A stretch of DNA of 64,000 nt from an uncultured Chitinophaga sp. (GTDB taxonomy: Bacteria; Bacteroidota; Bacteroidia; 2-12-FULL-35-15): the NCBI GenBank assembly GCA_964549315.1, contig CAZJUY010000007.1, positions 37,567-101,566 on the forward strand, read 5' to 3'. How positions within the stretch are numbered: the stretch's first letter is position 1; every line of letters starts with the position of its first letter. A program made the position numbers and the translations under genes. The notes under the pieces were generated by a model. That model made no database searches. It saw only the letters and a program-made list of their open reading frames with translations, and was not told the DNA's origin. Positions 9,266 through 19,009 of this stretch are shown one piece after another.

Positions 9266-11368
9266 ATGAAATACGTAGTAAAATTTTGTCTTATAATTTT
9301 TAGTTCAATTGTATTGTTTAATAATGCTTTGGCTCAAGACAACCCAGTTAAATGGAAATTGAGTAGCAAAAAAATAAGTGATTGCGAATATGAATTAGTA
9401 TTCACTGGGACAATTGAAGAACATTGGCATGTTTATTCTCTTTTCCTAAAAGGAGATGATGGTCCAATGCCTGCAAATATTACTGTTGATAAAAGTAATG
9501 ATTACGAAATTCTCGGTAAACCAACAGAAACTAAGCCAATCAAAGCTTTTGATAAAGTATTTGAAATGGATGTAGCATACCATGAAAAAGTTGTAACATT
9601 CAAACAAAAGATAAAATTAAAAACAAATAAAGAGGTAGTTGTTAAAGGGAAATACGAGTACCAAGCCTGTACCGAAGAAAAATGCATTTTCCCGCCTGCT
9701 ACACCTTTTGAATTTAAACTGTCTGGCACCGAAGCTTGCATGGCTGCTAATAAGTCGCCTGAAGTTAAAGTGGAGACAAATTCTAATATAACAAATATAG
9801 ATTCTTCTATTTCAAACTCAGACTCAGCTATTCTTAAAAATACACCTATAAAAGAGACACAAATCTCAGAATCAAATTCAAAGCAAGATGATGAATCATC
9901 AATTGAAGGAAAAGTTTGGTGGGTAATTTTTTTAACGGGCTTTGCTTGGGGCTTTGCGGCTTTATTCACTCCTTGTGTGTTCCCGTTAATTCCAATGAAC
10001 GTTAGCTTTTTTCTTAAGCGCAGCCAAAATAAGGCAAAAGGAAAATTGAATGCTATTTTATATGCATTATCTATCATCATTATATTCGTTTCATTAGGGC
10101 TTGGTATTTCAGCTATTTGGGGCGGTGGGGCTTTGCACAGTTTTTCTACAAGTGCTGGTTTTAATATTGTGATTTTTCTTATGCTATTGATTTTTGGAGC
10201 ATCTTTTTTGGGTGCTTTTGAAATAGTTTTGCCATCTAGTTTTGTAAATAAAATAGATAAACAAAGCGATAGAGGTGGTTATGTAGGTATTTTCTTTATG
10301 GCATTGGCGCTCGTTGTAATTTCATTTTCATGTACTGGTCCAATGATTGGAAATGCTTTAGTTGCGGCATCTACATCTGGAAATACTTCTGGGGCTTTTT
10401 GGGCAATGTTTGGTTTTTCTGCTGGTTTAGCTTTGCCATTTGGTTTGTTTGCTTTTTTTCCTTCTATGCTTAATTCAATGCCTAAAAGTGGTGGTTGGCT
10501 AAATACAGTTAAGGTTGTTCTTGGGTTTTTAGAATTAGCCCTAGCGTTAAAATTTGCTTCCAATGTTGATTTAGTTTATCAATTAGGAATTTTAACCAGA
10601 GAGGTGTTTATCACATTATGGGTTGTAATTTTTGCTTTGATGACAATTTATTTATTAGGAGGATTTAAAACAGCTCATGATAGTGATGTAAAGCACTTGT
10701 CTGTAACTCGCATATTTTTTATTATATTTTCATTTTCGGTTACAGTATATTTAGTTCCAGGATTATGGGGTGCTCCTTTGAAATTGTTTAGCGGTGTTTT
10801 ACCTCCTGCCGAATATTCAGAATCCCCAAAAGGCTTTGGGGGAGGAGGGACTGAGTCTCATTCTACATCTAAGCCTTTAGATGCTGAATTTGGAAAATAT
10901 ATGGAAGTAAATAAACATGGTGTTCCATATTTTAAAAATGATTATGTACATGCTTTAGCATACGCAAAAAAAACAGGAAAACCTTTAATGGTTGATTTTA
11001 CTGGTCATGCTTGTGCGAATTGCAGAAAAACAGAAGATTTTATTTGGCCAGATGCTGGTGTTTCTAAAATATTAACGGATGATGTAGTTTTAGTTTCACT
11101 TTATGTTGATGATAAGAGAGAATTAGATGCTAAAGACTTTATGAAAGTATTTTGGTATGGTCAGGAAAGAGAAATTACAACCATAGGCGATAAGTTTAAA
11201 TATATGGAAGAAACATTATACAAACAAAGCACACAACCTTTATACGTTCTGTTGGACCATAATGAACAAACATTGATTGCACCTAGAGGTTATAAATCGG
11301 GAATCCTAGAATATATTGAATGGTTAAATAATGGAATAAAAGAATTTAAAAATCGTTCAGGTAAATAA
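9266..11368 (+). CDS. dsbD: Thiol:disulfide interchange protein DsbD family (DsbC-like N-terminal domain, TM domain, thioredoxin domain)
   Basis: Signal peptide; YQAC....C.PP; TM domain with TPCVFP and SCTGP cysteines; thioredoxin DFTGHACANC. Confidence 0.92.
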   Translation: MKYVVKFCLIIFSSIVLFNNALAQDNPVKWKLSSKKISDCEYELVFTGTIEEHWHVYSLFLKGDDGPMPANITVDKSNDYEILGKPTETKPIKAFDKVFEMDVAYHEKVVTFKQKIKLKTNKEVVVKGKYEYQACTEEKCIFPPATPFEFKLSGTEACMAANKSPEVKVETNSNITNIDSSISNSDSAILKNTPIKETQISESNSKQDDESSIEGKVWWVIFLTGFAWGFAALFTPCVFPLIPMNVSFFLKRSQNKAKGKLNAILYALSIIIIFVSLGLGISAIWGGGALHSFSTSAGFNIVIFLMLLIFGASFLGAFEIVLPSSFVNKIDKQSDRGGYVGIFFMALALVVISFSCTGPMIGNALVAASTSGNTSGAFWAMFGFSAGLALPFGLFAFFPSMLNSMPKSGGWLNTVKVVLGFLELALALKFASNVDLVYQLGILTREVFITLWVVIFALMTIYLLGGFKTAHDSDVKHLSVTRIFFIIFSFSVTVYLVPGLWGAPLKLFSGVLPPAEYSESPKGFGGGGTESHSTSKPLDAEFGKYMEVNKHGVPYFKNDYVHALAYAKKTGKPLMVDFTGHACANCRKTEDFIWPDAGVSKILTDDVVLVSLYVDDKRELDAKDFMKVFWYGQEREITTIGDKFKYMEETLYKQSTQPLYVLLDHNEQTLIAPRGYKSGILEYIEWLNNGIKEFKNRSGK

Positions 11369-12367
11369 TTACTGAACCAATAAATTACAACCTCTAATAT
11401 CACTATTATCAAAACGCCCTAACACTTCAAATGAACTGTTGGGTTTTGTTTTTCCTAAATCTTGAGTAGCAATAAAAGAACACGAATAGATATTTGCTAA
11501 ATCAATAATATTTATTCCCCCCGTTTTATTATTTGGTAAATAACTAAACGGGTCGTTGGTATCACGTATCATTATTTTCATCCAAGGTGGATAGTTAAAT
11601 ACCCCTTTTCCTTTTGAGTAGGCTTGAGACAATAATTCGGTCATTCCGTATTCGCTATGAATAGACTCTACTCCAAAACCATTGGATAAAATTTCGTGCA
11701 ATTCTTCGCGTATTAATTCTTTCCGTTTCCCTTTCATTCCTCCAGTTTCCATAACAATTAAGCTTCCTTTAGGAAATCTAAAAAGAGGAAACCGATCTAC
11801 TAAATCTAGTAAGGCATAAGTTACTCCAATCAAAAGTGTTTTTTGTTTTTTATCTGCAAGTTGTTGCAATTTTAAAATTAGTTCATCGTAATTTTTTAAA
11901 TAAAAACCACTTTCGATATGTTCGCTTTTTTTTATTAAATCATCTGCCATATATACGAGAGACGAACCTTCTCTCTCTAAATAACTTGGAAGAAGAGCTA
12001 AAATGCAATAGTCTTTTATGTTGCCATAAAATATCTCAAATGCTTTTAAATAACTCTTTTCGTAAATATGTTTGTCGATAACAATGTGCTTACTGGTAAT
12101 TTGTCCTGTGGTTCCACTGCTTGTGAATGTTATGGATGGGGTATAATCTGTCTCAGATGAAACAATGGTATGAGATTTAAATAACTCAATTGGTAAAAAA
12201 GGAATTTGTTCAAGCGATTGAACAGCATCAATATTAATTTTTAAAGAATCAATGTATTTTTTGTAAACAGAATTATTTTTCGATTGAAATTGAAAAATAT
12301 CAAGAGCATATTTCTTAAACTCTTCTTGAGTTCGGATATTAAATATATTATTGATTAGGGTATTCAT
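11369..12367 (-). CDS. LuxE/PaaK-like acyl-protein synthetase (ANL-related acyl transferase)
   Basis: FTSSGTTG loop, METGGMKG, HSEYGMTEL, FIATQDLG, FEVLGR...D.RGCN. ATG 12367 overlaps the upstream stop (ATGA). Confidence 0.85.
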   Translation of the reverse strand: MNTLINNIFNIRTQEEFKKYALDIFQFQSKNNSVYKKYIDSLKINIDAVQSLEQIPFLPIELFKSHTIVSSETDYTPSITFTSSGTTGQITSKHIVIDKHIYEKSYLKAFEIFYGNIKDYCILALLPSYLEREGSSLVYMADDLIKKSEHIESGFYLKNYDELILKLQQLADKKQKTLLIGVTYALLDLVDRFPLFRFPKGSLIVMETGGMKGKRKELIREELHEILSNGFGVESIHSEYGMTELLSQAYSKGKGVFNYPPWMKIMIRDTNDPFSYLPNNKTGGINIIDLANIYSCSFIATQDLGKTKPNSSFEVLGRFDNSDIRGCNLLVQ

Positions 12368-12933
12368 TCTTCTTTCACACAATATACATCCGATTGTTCT
12401 AGAGGATATTTTTTATCTAAATCAATGTTGTTAAACCCTCTTTTATTTCCCCATGAGAATAATTTTTCAAAAAATGGTAAAAGTTTGTTGTCTTTTATTT
12501 TATCTAAAAAATAAACTTCATGCTCTTTTTCTTTAATACCCATTTCGTATAAGACAATATCGTGTTCTTTAATACCAAGTGAATTAAAAAACTGTTTCAT
12601 TCTAAAATATTCGCATACGTTTCCACTTTCCAGCCTTCCAGCAAAATAAAATGGCATAAACCAGCCAATTACATAACAGCTATACCAAATAATTTTTCCA
12701 ATAACATAAAAACGGAACTCATACCATTTTGAAATAGGGATGTTGTATTGGGTCATAATTTTTAAAACTTCTTCTCTATGATTCCACTCATCTATTTCGA
12801 TTTGGCGGATGGCTATTTTTTCATCAGACTTTTTAACAGAACGAGCGTGACCAATATAGGCAAATGCTGCAGCTTTTTCAGCAGAATAAGCTTGTTGCAA
12901 AAGTTTTGTTAGTTCAGGATGATTGAGCTTCAT
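12364..12933 (-). CDS. Ferritin-like di-iron carboxylate protein (Coq7/DMQ-hydroxylase-like family)
   Basis: Ligand pattern E (AYSAE), ExxH (DEWNH), E (RLES), ExxH (EKEH), with a hydrophobic segment between the helix pairs. Confidence 0.75.
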   Translation of the reverse strand: MKLNHPELTKLLQQAYSAEKAAAFAYIGHARSVKKSDEKIAIRQIEIDEWNHREEVLKIMTQYNIPISKWYEFRFYVIGKIIWYSCYVIGWFMPFYFAGRLESGNVCEYFRMKQFFNSLGIKEHDIVLYEMGIKEKEHEVYFLDKIKDNKLLPFFEKLFSWGNKRGFNNIDLDKKYPLEQSDVYCVKEE

Positions 12934-12945
12934 AAAATATTTCTA

Positions 12946-14637
12946 TTAATTCTCTATGACCAAATTAGTTGTTTCCTGTTTCTCTATTCTGTTAAGATAT
13001 AAGGCTTTTGCTTTATTTACTCCATCGTACTGTAAAATTAAATTTGATTTATTTTTTTCTATTCTCAATTCTTTCTCAAAAATTTCGAAGTCAAAATCCA
13101 ATGGTAAAATTATAAATCTGAATTTATGATGGTTTAGTTTATTTTGTTCGATGATTGAAGTTTTTTCTTCTCTGCTTATTTCTTCTAAAAATAATGTTTG
13201 CGGCTTCACTTTGTGATGTAGGTAGTAATCAACAGCAATAAGTTGTTTGAGGGTTTTGTCTTCGGAGTAGTTTTGTTCAACAAAATCAGTAATTATATTA
13301 AAAATATCTGTGAGCGAATATTTGTGATAATCGCTTTTGATGCCAAAAAATATTCCAAGTTCTAATAAAAAATCAAAAATGCTATAATTGTTTGTTACAT
13401 ACTTTAGTGTGTTTATAGTTTTTTTGCCGTTCCAATAAATTTCTAAAGCATGTTCTAGCTGAACAATTTTGTTCAACTGTTCTTTTGATAAATAATTACT
13501 TTCAATTATTTGGTAAGGAGGTATGGGGTCAAATACATAGCCGTGTTGCTCATATTTATCACGAACAGGAGTGCCTTTTAAAAATTTTAAAAAGCCTAAT
13601 TGAAGTTCAGGTGCAAATAATTTGAATACTTCTTCTATGCTGTACTTAATGTCATCCCATTCGTCTAAAGGCAATCCAACAATCAAATCCAAATGCATTT
13701 CAATCCTTTGATCGAGCTGCTGAATGATGTTTTTTGTTTTATCAAAATTTTGTTTGCGACTTACCTGCAAATTTGCTTTTTGATTTACGGTTTGTATTCC
13801 AATTTCAAATCGAAACAAACCTTTAGGCACATGTTCGTTTATGAATGTAATAATATCAGGGTGAACAATGTCAGCCGTAATTTCAAACTGAAATACATTT
13901 TCGGGACGATGGTGTTCTAAAATGAATTTAAAAATATCTATTGTAAAATCTTTTTTAATATTGAATGTTCTATCTAAAAATTTGATAGTTCGTCCGTGTT
14001 GCATTAGGTATAACAACTGTGATTTTATTGTATCATTTGGAAGATAACGAACTTTATTATCTAAACTCGCCAAACAAAACTCACATTTGTAAGGGCAGCC
14101 TCTGGATGTTTCAATATAACAAACCTTATTGTTTAGTTCTTCTGGAGTATCATATATGTATGGATTTACATCTTTGAAATTTTGTAAATCAAACATTGGA
14201 GCAGCAGGATTTTCAATTATCTCATCTCCTTTTTTCCAAATTAAATTTGGAACCTTTTCTACTGATGGAAAATTATTTAAAAACTCTTTAAATGCAGTTT
14301 CGCCTTCACCACTCACAATATAATCAACATCTGATAGCGTAATAATATTTTTCCAATCGTAACTTACCTCTGGACCGCCCAGCATTATTTTACAATTAGG
14401 ATTAAGTTTTTTTATTTTTTTTATTACTTCTAGTGTTGGTGTAATGTTCCATATATAACAGCTAAAAGCAATTACATCATAATCTTTACAATAATCAGAA
14501 ATACCATCTTTATCTTCTTTGATTGTAAATTCCTTGAAAGCAATGTTTTTATAATCTTTATTCAGTTCATACAATAGGCGTACAGCCAAATTTATATGAA
14601 TGTATTTTGCATTTAAGGTGGTGAGTAAAACTTGCAT
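12946..14637 (-). CDS. B12-binding-domain radical SAM protein (DUF4080-type C-terminus)
   Basis: N-terminal cobalamin-binding-like domain (FSCYIWN, LGGPEVS, GEGE); CxxxCxxC (RGCPYKCEFC); FLDRTFN, FEIGIQT, HLDLIVGLP. Confidence 0.88.
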   Translation of the reverse strand: MQVLLTTLNAKYIHINLAVRLLYELNKDYKNIAFKEFTIKEDKDGISDYCKDYDVIAFSCYIWNITPTLEVIKKIKKLNPNCKIMLGGPEVSYDWKNIITLSDVDYIVSGEGETAFKEFLNNFPSVEKVPNLIWKKGDEIIENPAAPMFDLQNFKDVNPYIYDTPEELNNKVCYIETSRGCPYKCEFCLASLDNKVRYLPNDTIKSQLLYLMQHGRTIKFLDRTFNIKKDFTIDIFKFILEHHRPENVFQFEITADIVHPDIITFINEHVPKGLFRFEIGIQTVNQKANLQVSRKQNFDKTKNIIQQLDQRIEMHLDLIVGLPLDEWDDIKYSIEEVFKLFAPELQLGFLKFLKGTPVRDKYEQHGYVFDPIPPYQIIESNYLSKEQLNKIVQLEHALEIYWNGKKTINTLKYVTNNYSIFDFLLELGIFFGIKSDYHKYSLTDIFNIITDFVEQNYSEDKTLKQLIAVDYYLHHKVKPQTLFLEEISREEKTSIIEQNKLNHHKFRFIILPLDFDFEIFEKELRIEKNKSNLILQYDGVNKAKALYLNRIEKQETTNLVIEN

Positions 14638-14645
14638 TTGTAATG

Positions 14646-14653
14646 CAAAGGTA
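14646..14653 (-). promoter_or_regulatory. -7 box TACCTTTG upstream of the radical SAM operon
   Basis: CAAAGGTA on plus strand, 8 nt from the start codon at 14637. Confidence 0.6.
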
Positions 14654-14806
14654 AGCGTTTATTTATATATTTTATATTGAAAAACCGCAACATAATAATT
14701 GAAATAATAGCCATTTTAAGCAGAAAAGAGCATCTATTTATTGCCAAAATATTTTATCTTTACCTACTTGTTTTAATGCTACAAGATTTTTAAAATTTCA
14801 CATATT

Positions 14807-17800
14807 ATGAAACAAAAATTATTATTCATTTTCATTGCATTCTTTTCATTAAATGCATTGGCGCAGTTTCCTGAGAATACTTTTCAAAGTGTAAATAATA
14901 AATACTATTGGAAGAATAGAAAACCATTTGAGGGTTATTGGCAACAAGATGTTCATTATAAAATCAATGCAACATTAGATGATAAAACAAATATCATTGA
15001 TGGTAAAATTGAGTTGACATATTATAATAATTCTCCGGACGAATTGCCGTTTGTGTATTTTCACTTGTATAGCAATGCGCAAGCGAAAGACTCCTATTTA
15101 GCAGATTTGTATAAAAACAACAATATAAAACTAAAGTTTGGTAAATATCAAGAGCAAGGATTGGGAACAAATGTTTCTAAAATTTCTTCAAATGGAGTTG
15201 ATTTAAAAACAGAACAAGACAATACAGTATTAAAAGTATTTCTTTCAACTCCATTAAAATCTGGCGAAAGTATTACTTTTTCTATCGAATTTAAAACGTA
15301 TTACGATAACGGTACAATTCGTAATCGTATGAAACTGTTTAATTCATTTGGTTACAAACATTATGATGTGGTGCATTGGTATCCTCGTATTTCTGTGTAT
15401 GATAGAAAACAAGGTTGGGATACCGACCAGCACATGGACCATGAATTTTATGGTGATTTTGGAACGTATGACGTAGCGTTTTCATTACCTAATCATTATA
15501 TTTTAGATGCAACAGGAGTTTTAATTAATCAAAATGATGTTATGCCTGCTGATTTACGTGCAAAATTAGATATTAAGAATTTTAAAAATAAACCTTGGAA
15601 CGAAAAACCTTCTGTAATTATTGAACCCAATGGAACTAAAAAAACCTGGATGTTTCATGCTGAAAATGTTCATGATTTTGCACTTACTGCTGATCCAACT
15701 TATAGAATAGGTGAAGTAGAGTGGAATGGAATAAAATGTATTTCGCTATGCCAAGAGCCACATGCAGCACATTGGCAAAATGCTGCTGAATATGCAGCAA
15801 AAGTTATTAAAGTAAATTCAGAAGATTTTGGAATGTATGGTTATCCCAAAATGATTGTTGCCGATGCACAAGATGGCATGGAATATCCAATGCTCACACT
15901 TGACGGTGGTTGGGATCCTGATTATCGTGATTTGTTAGCTCATGAAATTTCTCACAATTGGTTTTTTGGAATGGTTGGTTCTAATGAGACTTATCGTGCT
16001 GCTTTGGATGAAGGATTCACACAATTTTTAACTGCTTGGACGTATGAACGCATAGATGGAAAGCAACGCATCCGTTATAAAAACAAATCAAAGTATGTAG
16101 AAAAATTTACAGAACCAGATTTTATTCATAATAGTGAAGTATATAATGGTTATATGGGGGATGCTGCAAGAGGTGGTGAAGCTAATTTAAATGTTCATTC
16201 AGATATGTACGGAGGAGCTATTCGTCATGGTGGTGGATACAGACAAGTTTATATGAAAACATCTACCATGTTGTATAATCTTCAATATACTTTGGGTGAT
16301 TCTTTGTTTTTAGCAGCTATGCAAAATTATTTTAATCAGTGGAAGTTCGCTCATCCTTATATCGAAGATTTTAGAAATTCAATTATTCAGTACACGCATG
16401 TTGATTTAAACTGGTTTTTTGACGAGTGGATTGAAAGTACCAAAACAATTGATTATGGTGTTAAGAAAGTGAAAAAAGGAAAAGGTGATGATGAATATCA
16501 AATCACATTCAAACGCAAAGGAATGCAAATGCCACTTGATTTTTCTGTTATTGCAAAGAATGATAGTATTTACAATTTTCATATTCCTAATACTTGGTTT
16601 GTAAAAGAAACAAAAGCAACTGTACTCCCAAGATGGATTGGTTGGGATAAAGTTCAACCAGAATACACTGCTATTGTTACTATTCCAAGTGGTGTTTACG
16701 ATGTTGTGATTGACCCAAGCACTCGATTAGCTGATGTAAATATGTTGGATAACAATAAAAAATTCCCATTAAAGTATCGTTTTGATTCTAAAATTTATAA
16801 TGTGAGTGATTGGACCAGATATGAGCTGTATGCACGACCAGATATTTGGTACAATGGTTATGATGGAATTAAAGTAGGTGTTCATATGAATGGTAATTAT
16901 ATGATGTACAAACATATTTTTGATTTAAATGTGTGGTTTAATTCCGGTTTGGGTCAAAATTATTTAGATTCATTAACAGAAAAAAATAAATACGATAATA
17001 TTAGTTTTAGAATAAATTACAGAACTTCTACAGATAAATTTATGAAAGGTTCGACATTTAATTTTTCGGCAAAAGCTTTAGATGGACTAAATGCATATAC
17101 AGTTGGGTTTGATAGAAAAGATATCAAGGGAAATAACAGAGTATATATGTATTTTAAATCAATGTATCGTAAAGGATTAAATGATTTAACTTATTTATTA
17201 TTACCAAACGAATGGCAAGTAAACAAATTAAATAATACACTCAATATCGGTATTGAGCATAGTTATAATTATAATGCAGGAACTGGTAATATTAATTTAG
17301 GATTACGTTCATCAGCAATAATGAGCGATTACGATTATCAAACAATTAATTTAAATGTGATTAATAGAACTCGATTAGGGAAGCTAGTATTAAACACAAG
17401 AGTTGTGGGGCAATATGGAACAGGAAAAGTTTGGGCAGATGAATCATCATTATTTTTAGCTGGAGCCAATCCAGAAGAAATGATGGATAATAAATATACT
17501 CGTTCAACGGGATTTTTTGACCCTACTTGGGCTAAATTTGGAGCAACCACAAACAACTTCCAATATGGAGGAGGTTTGAATTTAAGAGGATACGCAGGTT
17601 ATTTTGCTCCCCAATTGCAAAGTGATGCAAGTGTAGTTTATACTTATAAAGGACAAACAGGTGCAGCTGTAAATGCTGAATTAGAATTTAGTGGCTTAAT
17701 AAGACAAAAAAAATCTAACTGGCTAAACAGAACATTTAATTTAAAAACATACATTTTTGGAGATGCTGGAATTATAAATTATAGCAAACCAACAGATGTT

Positions 17801-17995
17801 ATTCTTAAAATGAGCGATTTTAGAGCAGATGCAGGATTAGGTCTCGCTCTTACTATAAAAAAGTTTGGAGTCTTACAAACTGTTGATCCGCTTACCATTC
17901 GTTTTGACATGCCTTTCTTTCTGAATAAAATTCCAGCAACAGATAAAGACTTTGTTCAATACAGATTTGTAATAGCTGTTAGCAGGGCTTTCTAA
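14807..17995 (+). CDS. M1 family zinc aminopeptidase with probable C-terminal outer-membrane beta-barrel
   Basis: Signal peptide; GMEYP, HEISH-x18-E (LDEG); C-terminal ~400 aa with alternating amphipathic strands, ending ...VIAVSRAF. Confidence 0.85.
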   Translation: MKQKLLFIFIAFFSLNALAQFPENTFQSVNNKYYWKNRKPFEGYWQQDVHYKINATLDDKTNIIDGKIELTYYNNSPDELPFVYFHLYSNAQAKDSYLADLYKNNNIKLKFGKYQEQGLGTNVSKISSNGVDLKTEQDNTVLKVFLSTPLKSGESITFSIEFKTYYDNGTIRNRMKLFNSFGYKHYDVVHWYPRISVYDRKQGWDTDQHMDHEFYGDFGTYDVAFSLPNHYILDATGVLINQNDVMPADLRAKLDIKNFKNKPWNEKPSVIIEPNGTKKTWMFHAENVHDFALTADPTYRIGEVEWNGIKCISLCQEPHAAHWQNAAEYAAKVIKVNSEDFGMYGYPKMIVADAQDGMEYPMLTLDGGWDPDYRDLLAHEISHNWFFGMVGSNETYRAALDEGFTQFLTAWTYERIDGKQRIRYKNKSKYVEKFTEPDFIHNSEVYNGYMGDAARGGEANLNVHSDMYGGAIRHGGGYRQVYMKTSTMLYNLQYTLGDSLFLAAMQNYFNQWKFAHPYIEDFRNSIIQYTHVDLNWFFDEWIESTKTIDYGVKKVKKGKGDDEYQITFKRKGMQMPLDFSVIAKNDSIYNFHIPNTWFVKETKATVLPRWIGWDKVQPEYTAIVTIPSGVYDVVIDPSTRLADVNMLDNNKKFPLKYRFDSKIYNVSDWTRYELYARPDIWYNGYDGIKVGVHMNGNYMMYKHIFDLNVWFNSGLGQNYLDSLTEKNKYDNISFRINYRTSTDKFMKGSTFNFSAKALDGLNAYTVGFDRKDIKGNNRVYMYFKSMYRKGLNDLTYLLLPNEWQVNKLNNTLNIGIEHSYNYNAGTGNINLGLRSSAIMSDYDYQTINLNVINRTRLGKLVLNTRVVGQYGTGKVWADESSLFLAGANPEEMMDNKYTRSTGFFDPTWAKFGATTNNFQYGGGLNLRGYAGYFAPQLQSDASVVYTYKGQTGAAVNAELEFSGLIRQKKSNWLNRTFNLKTYIFGDAGIINYSKPTDVILKMSDFRADAGLGLALTIKKFGVLQTVDPLTIRFDMPFFLNKIPATDKDFVQYRFVIAVSRAF

Positions 17996-18012
17996 GATAA
18001 ATTGATTTAATA

Positions 18013-18047
18013 AAAAAACACCTTGTAAAACTTACAAGGTGTTTTTT
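18013..18047. terminator. Intrinsic terminator hairpin
   Basis: AAAAAACACCTTGTAA-aac-TTACAAGGTGTTTTTT after the M1 peptidase stop. Confidence 0.9.
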
Positions 18048-18171
18048 GTTTTTAGAAGTCAAACTCTTCGTTCTACGTTCAGTATTTCAAAAGGTTTTGC
18101 ATTATTTTTTTCTTTCTAATTTTTCGAGTTGGATACTAACACACAATGTTTATATCTGCTGATTTTTATTG

Positions 18172-18200
18172 CAAACTTTTCTGAAACCTGAAACGTACAA
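18172..18200 (+). promoter_or_regulatory. Putative ECF sigma promoter (CAAAC-N17-CGTACAA)
   Basis: Same AAC-N17-CGTACAA arrangement as 8780-8808. Confidence 0.5.
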
Positions 18201-18327
18201 CCCAACAAATTTTAAAACAAACAGTCCTAAATCCCTTTTGTATTAATATATACAAAAGAACAATAATAAAACAGAAAATAAAAAACTTTTAAAATGAAAA
18301 TATTAAACTCATTAAACCCCATTTATT

Positions 18328-18954
18328 ATGAAAACAAAAATTTACATTGGAACATTGTTGGTAATTATCACTCATGCAGTGATGCAAAGCCAAACGCCCG
18401 CGAACCAAGTGTTTGAAAAAAACGAAAAATTTGTACTTGGATATGCTTATTATACCGAATTAGAAAAAAATGATTTTTCGAAAGTACAAGACCCTGCGGA
18501 ACTAATAATTAAATCAGAAAAATTGATGGTGATTGCGAATCAAATAAAAAAAGAATTAAAAACAAAAACAGGAGCAGAGCATGAAATGATGTTGGCCGAA
18601 GTTAAAACATTAGAAAATGAAGCACAAATTTGTCAAATAGCAGCAGCAGAAATAAAAGCAAGTTATAATAGAGATGAGTTTTTAGTATTTAAAAATTATT
18701 TTATTTCTTACCTAGATACGTGCGATGTTAGCTATAATACAGCCTATGAAGCAAAACTTATTTATTTTACCGCTGTACGTTATTTTAGAATTGCAAAAGA
18801 AATGAGAGAAGAAGCATATGCTCAATCGGTTAAATTGGCAACTATTGGAGGTTTGCTGAATGCCGAAGAAAAAGAAATGGTTGCTATAATAAAAATGAAT
18901 GAAGCAATTAAAACATTGCGAAGAGGAGTTACACTAATGATAGTGAAAAAATAA
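18328..18954 (+). CDS. Hypothetical exported alpha-helical protein
   Basis: N-terminal signal-like segment (MKTKIYIGTLLVIITHAVMQS); A/E/K-rich helical body; flanked by terminators. Confidence 0.7.
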   Translation: MKTKIYIGTLLVIITHAVMQSQTPANQVFEKNEKFVLGYAYYTELEKNDFSKVQDPAELIIKSEKLMVIANQIKKELKTKTGAEHEMMLAEVKTLENEAQICQIAAAEIKASYNRDEFLVFKNYFISYLDTCDVSYNTAYEAKLIYFTAVRYFRIAKEMREEAYAQSVKLATIGGLLNAEEKEMVAIIKMNEAIKTLRRGVTLMIVKK

Positions 18955-18966
18955 TTAAATCATCTT

Positions 18967-19009
18967 AAATAAAAAAGGCCTTGTGAATTTTACAAGGCCT
19001 TTTTTATTT
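18967..19009. terminator. Bidirectional intrinsic terminator between convergent genes
   Basis: AAATAAAAAAGGCCTTGT-gaatttt-ACAAGGCCTTTTTTATTT. Confidence 0.9.

Noticed and set aside
9502-10080. 192-aa antisense ORF inside dsbD
   Set aside because: Fully nested opposite a well-supported gene, with no motif or promoter; typical shadow ORF.
11369-12367. luxE as a sign of bioluminescence
   Set aside because: No luxA/luxB/luxC/luxD in the window; LuxE-like acyl-activating enzymes are common in non-luminous Bacteroidota.
18239-18254. TGT-N10-ACA as a NifA/sigma54 upstream activator site
   Set aside because: No -24/-12 GG-N10-GC element or nif context; the pattern is just part of a longer AT-rich palindrome.
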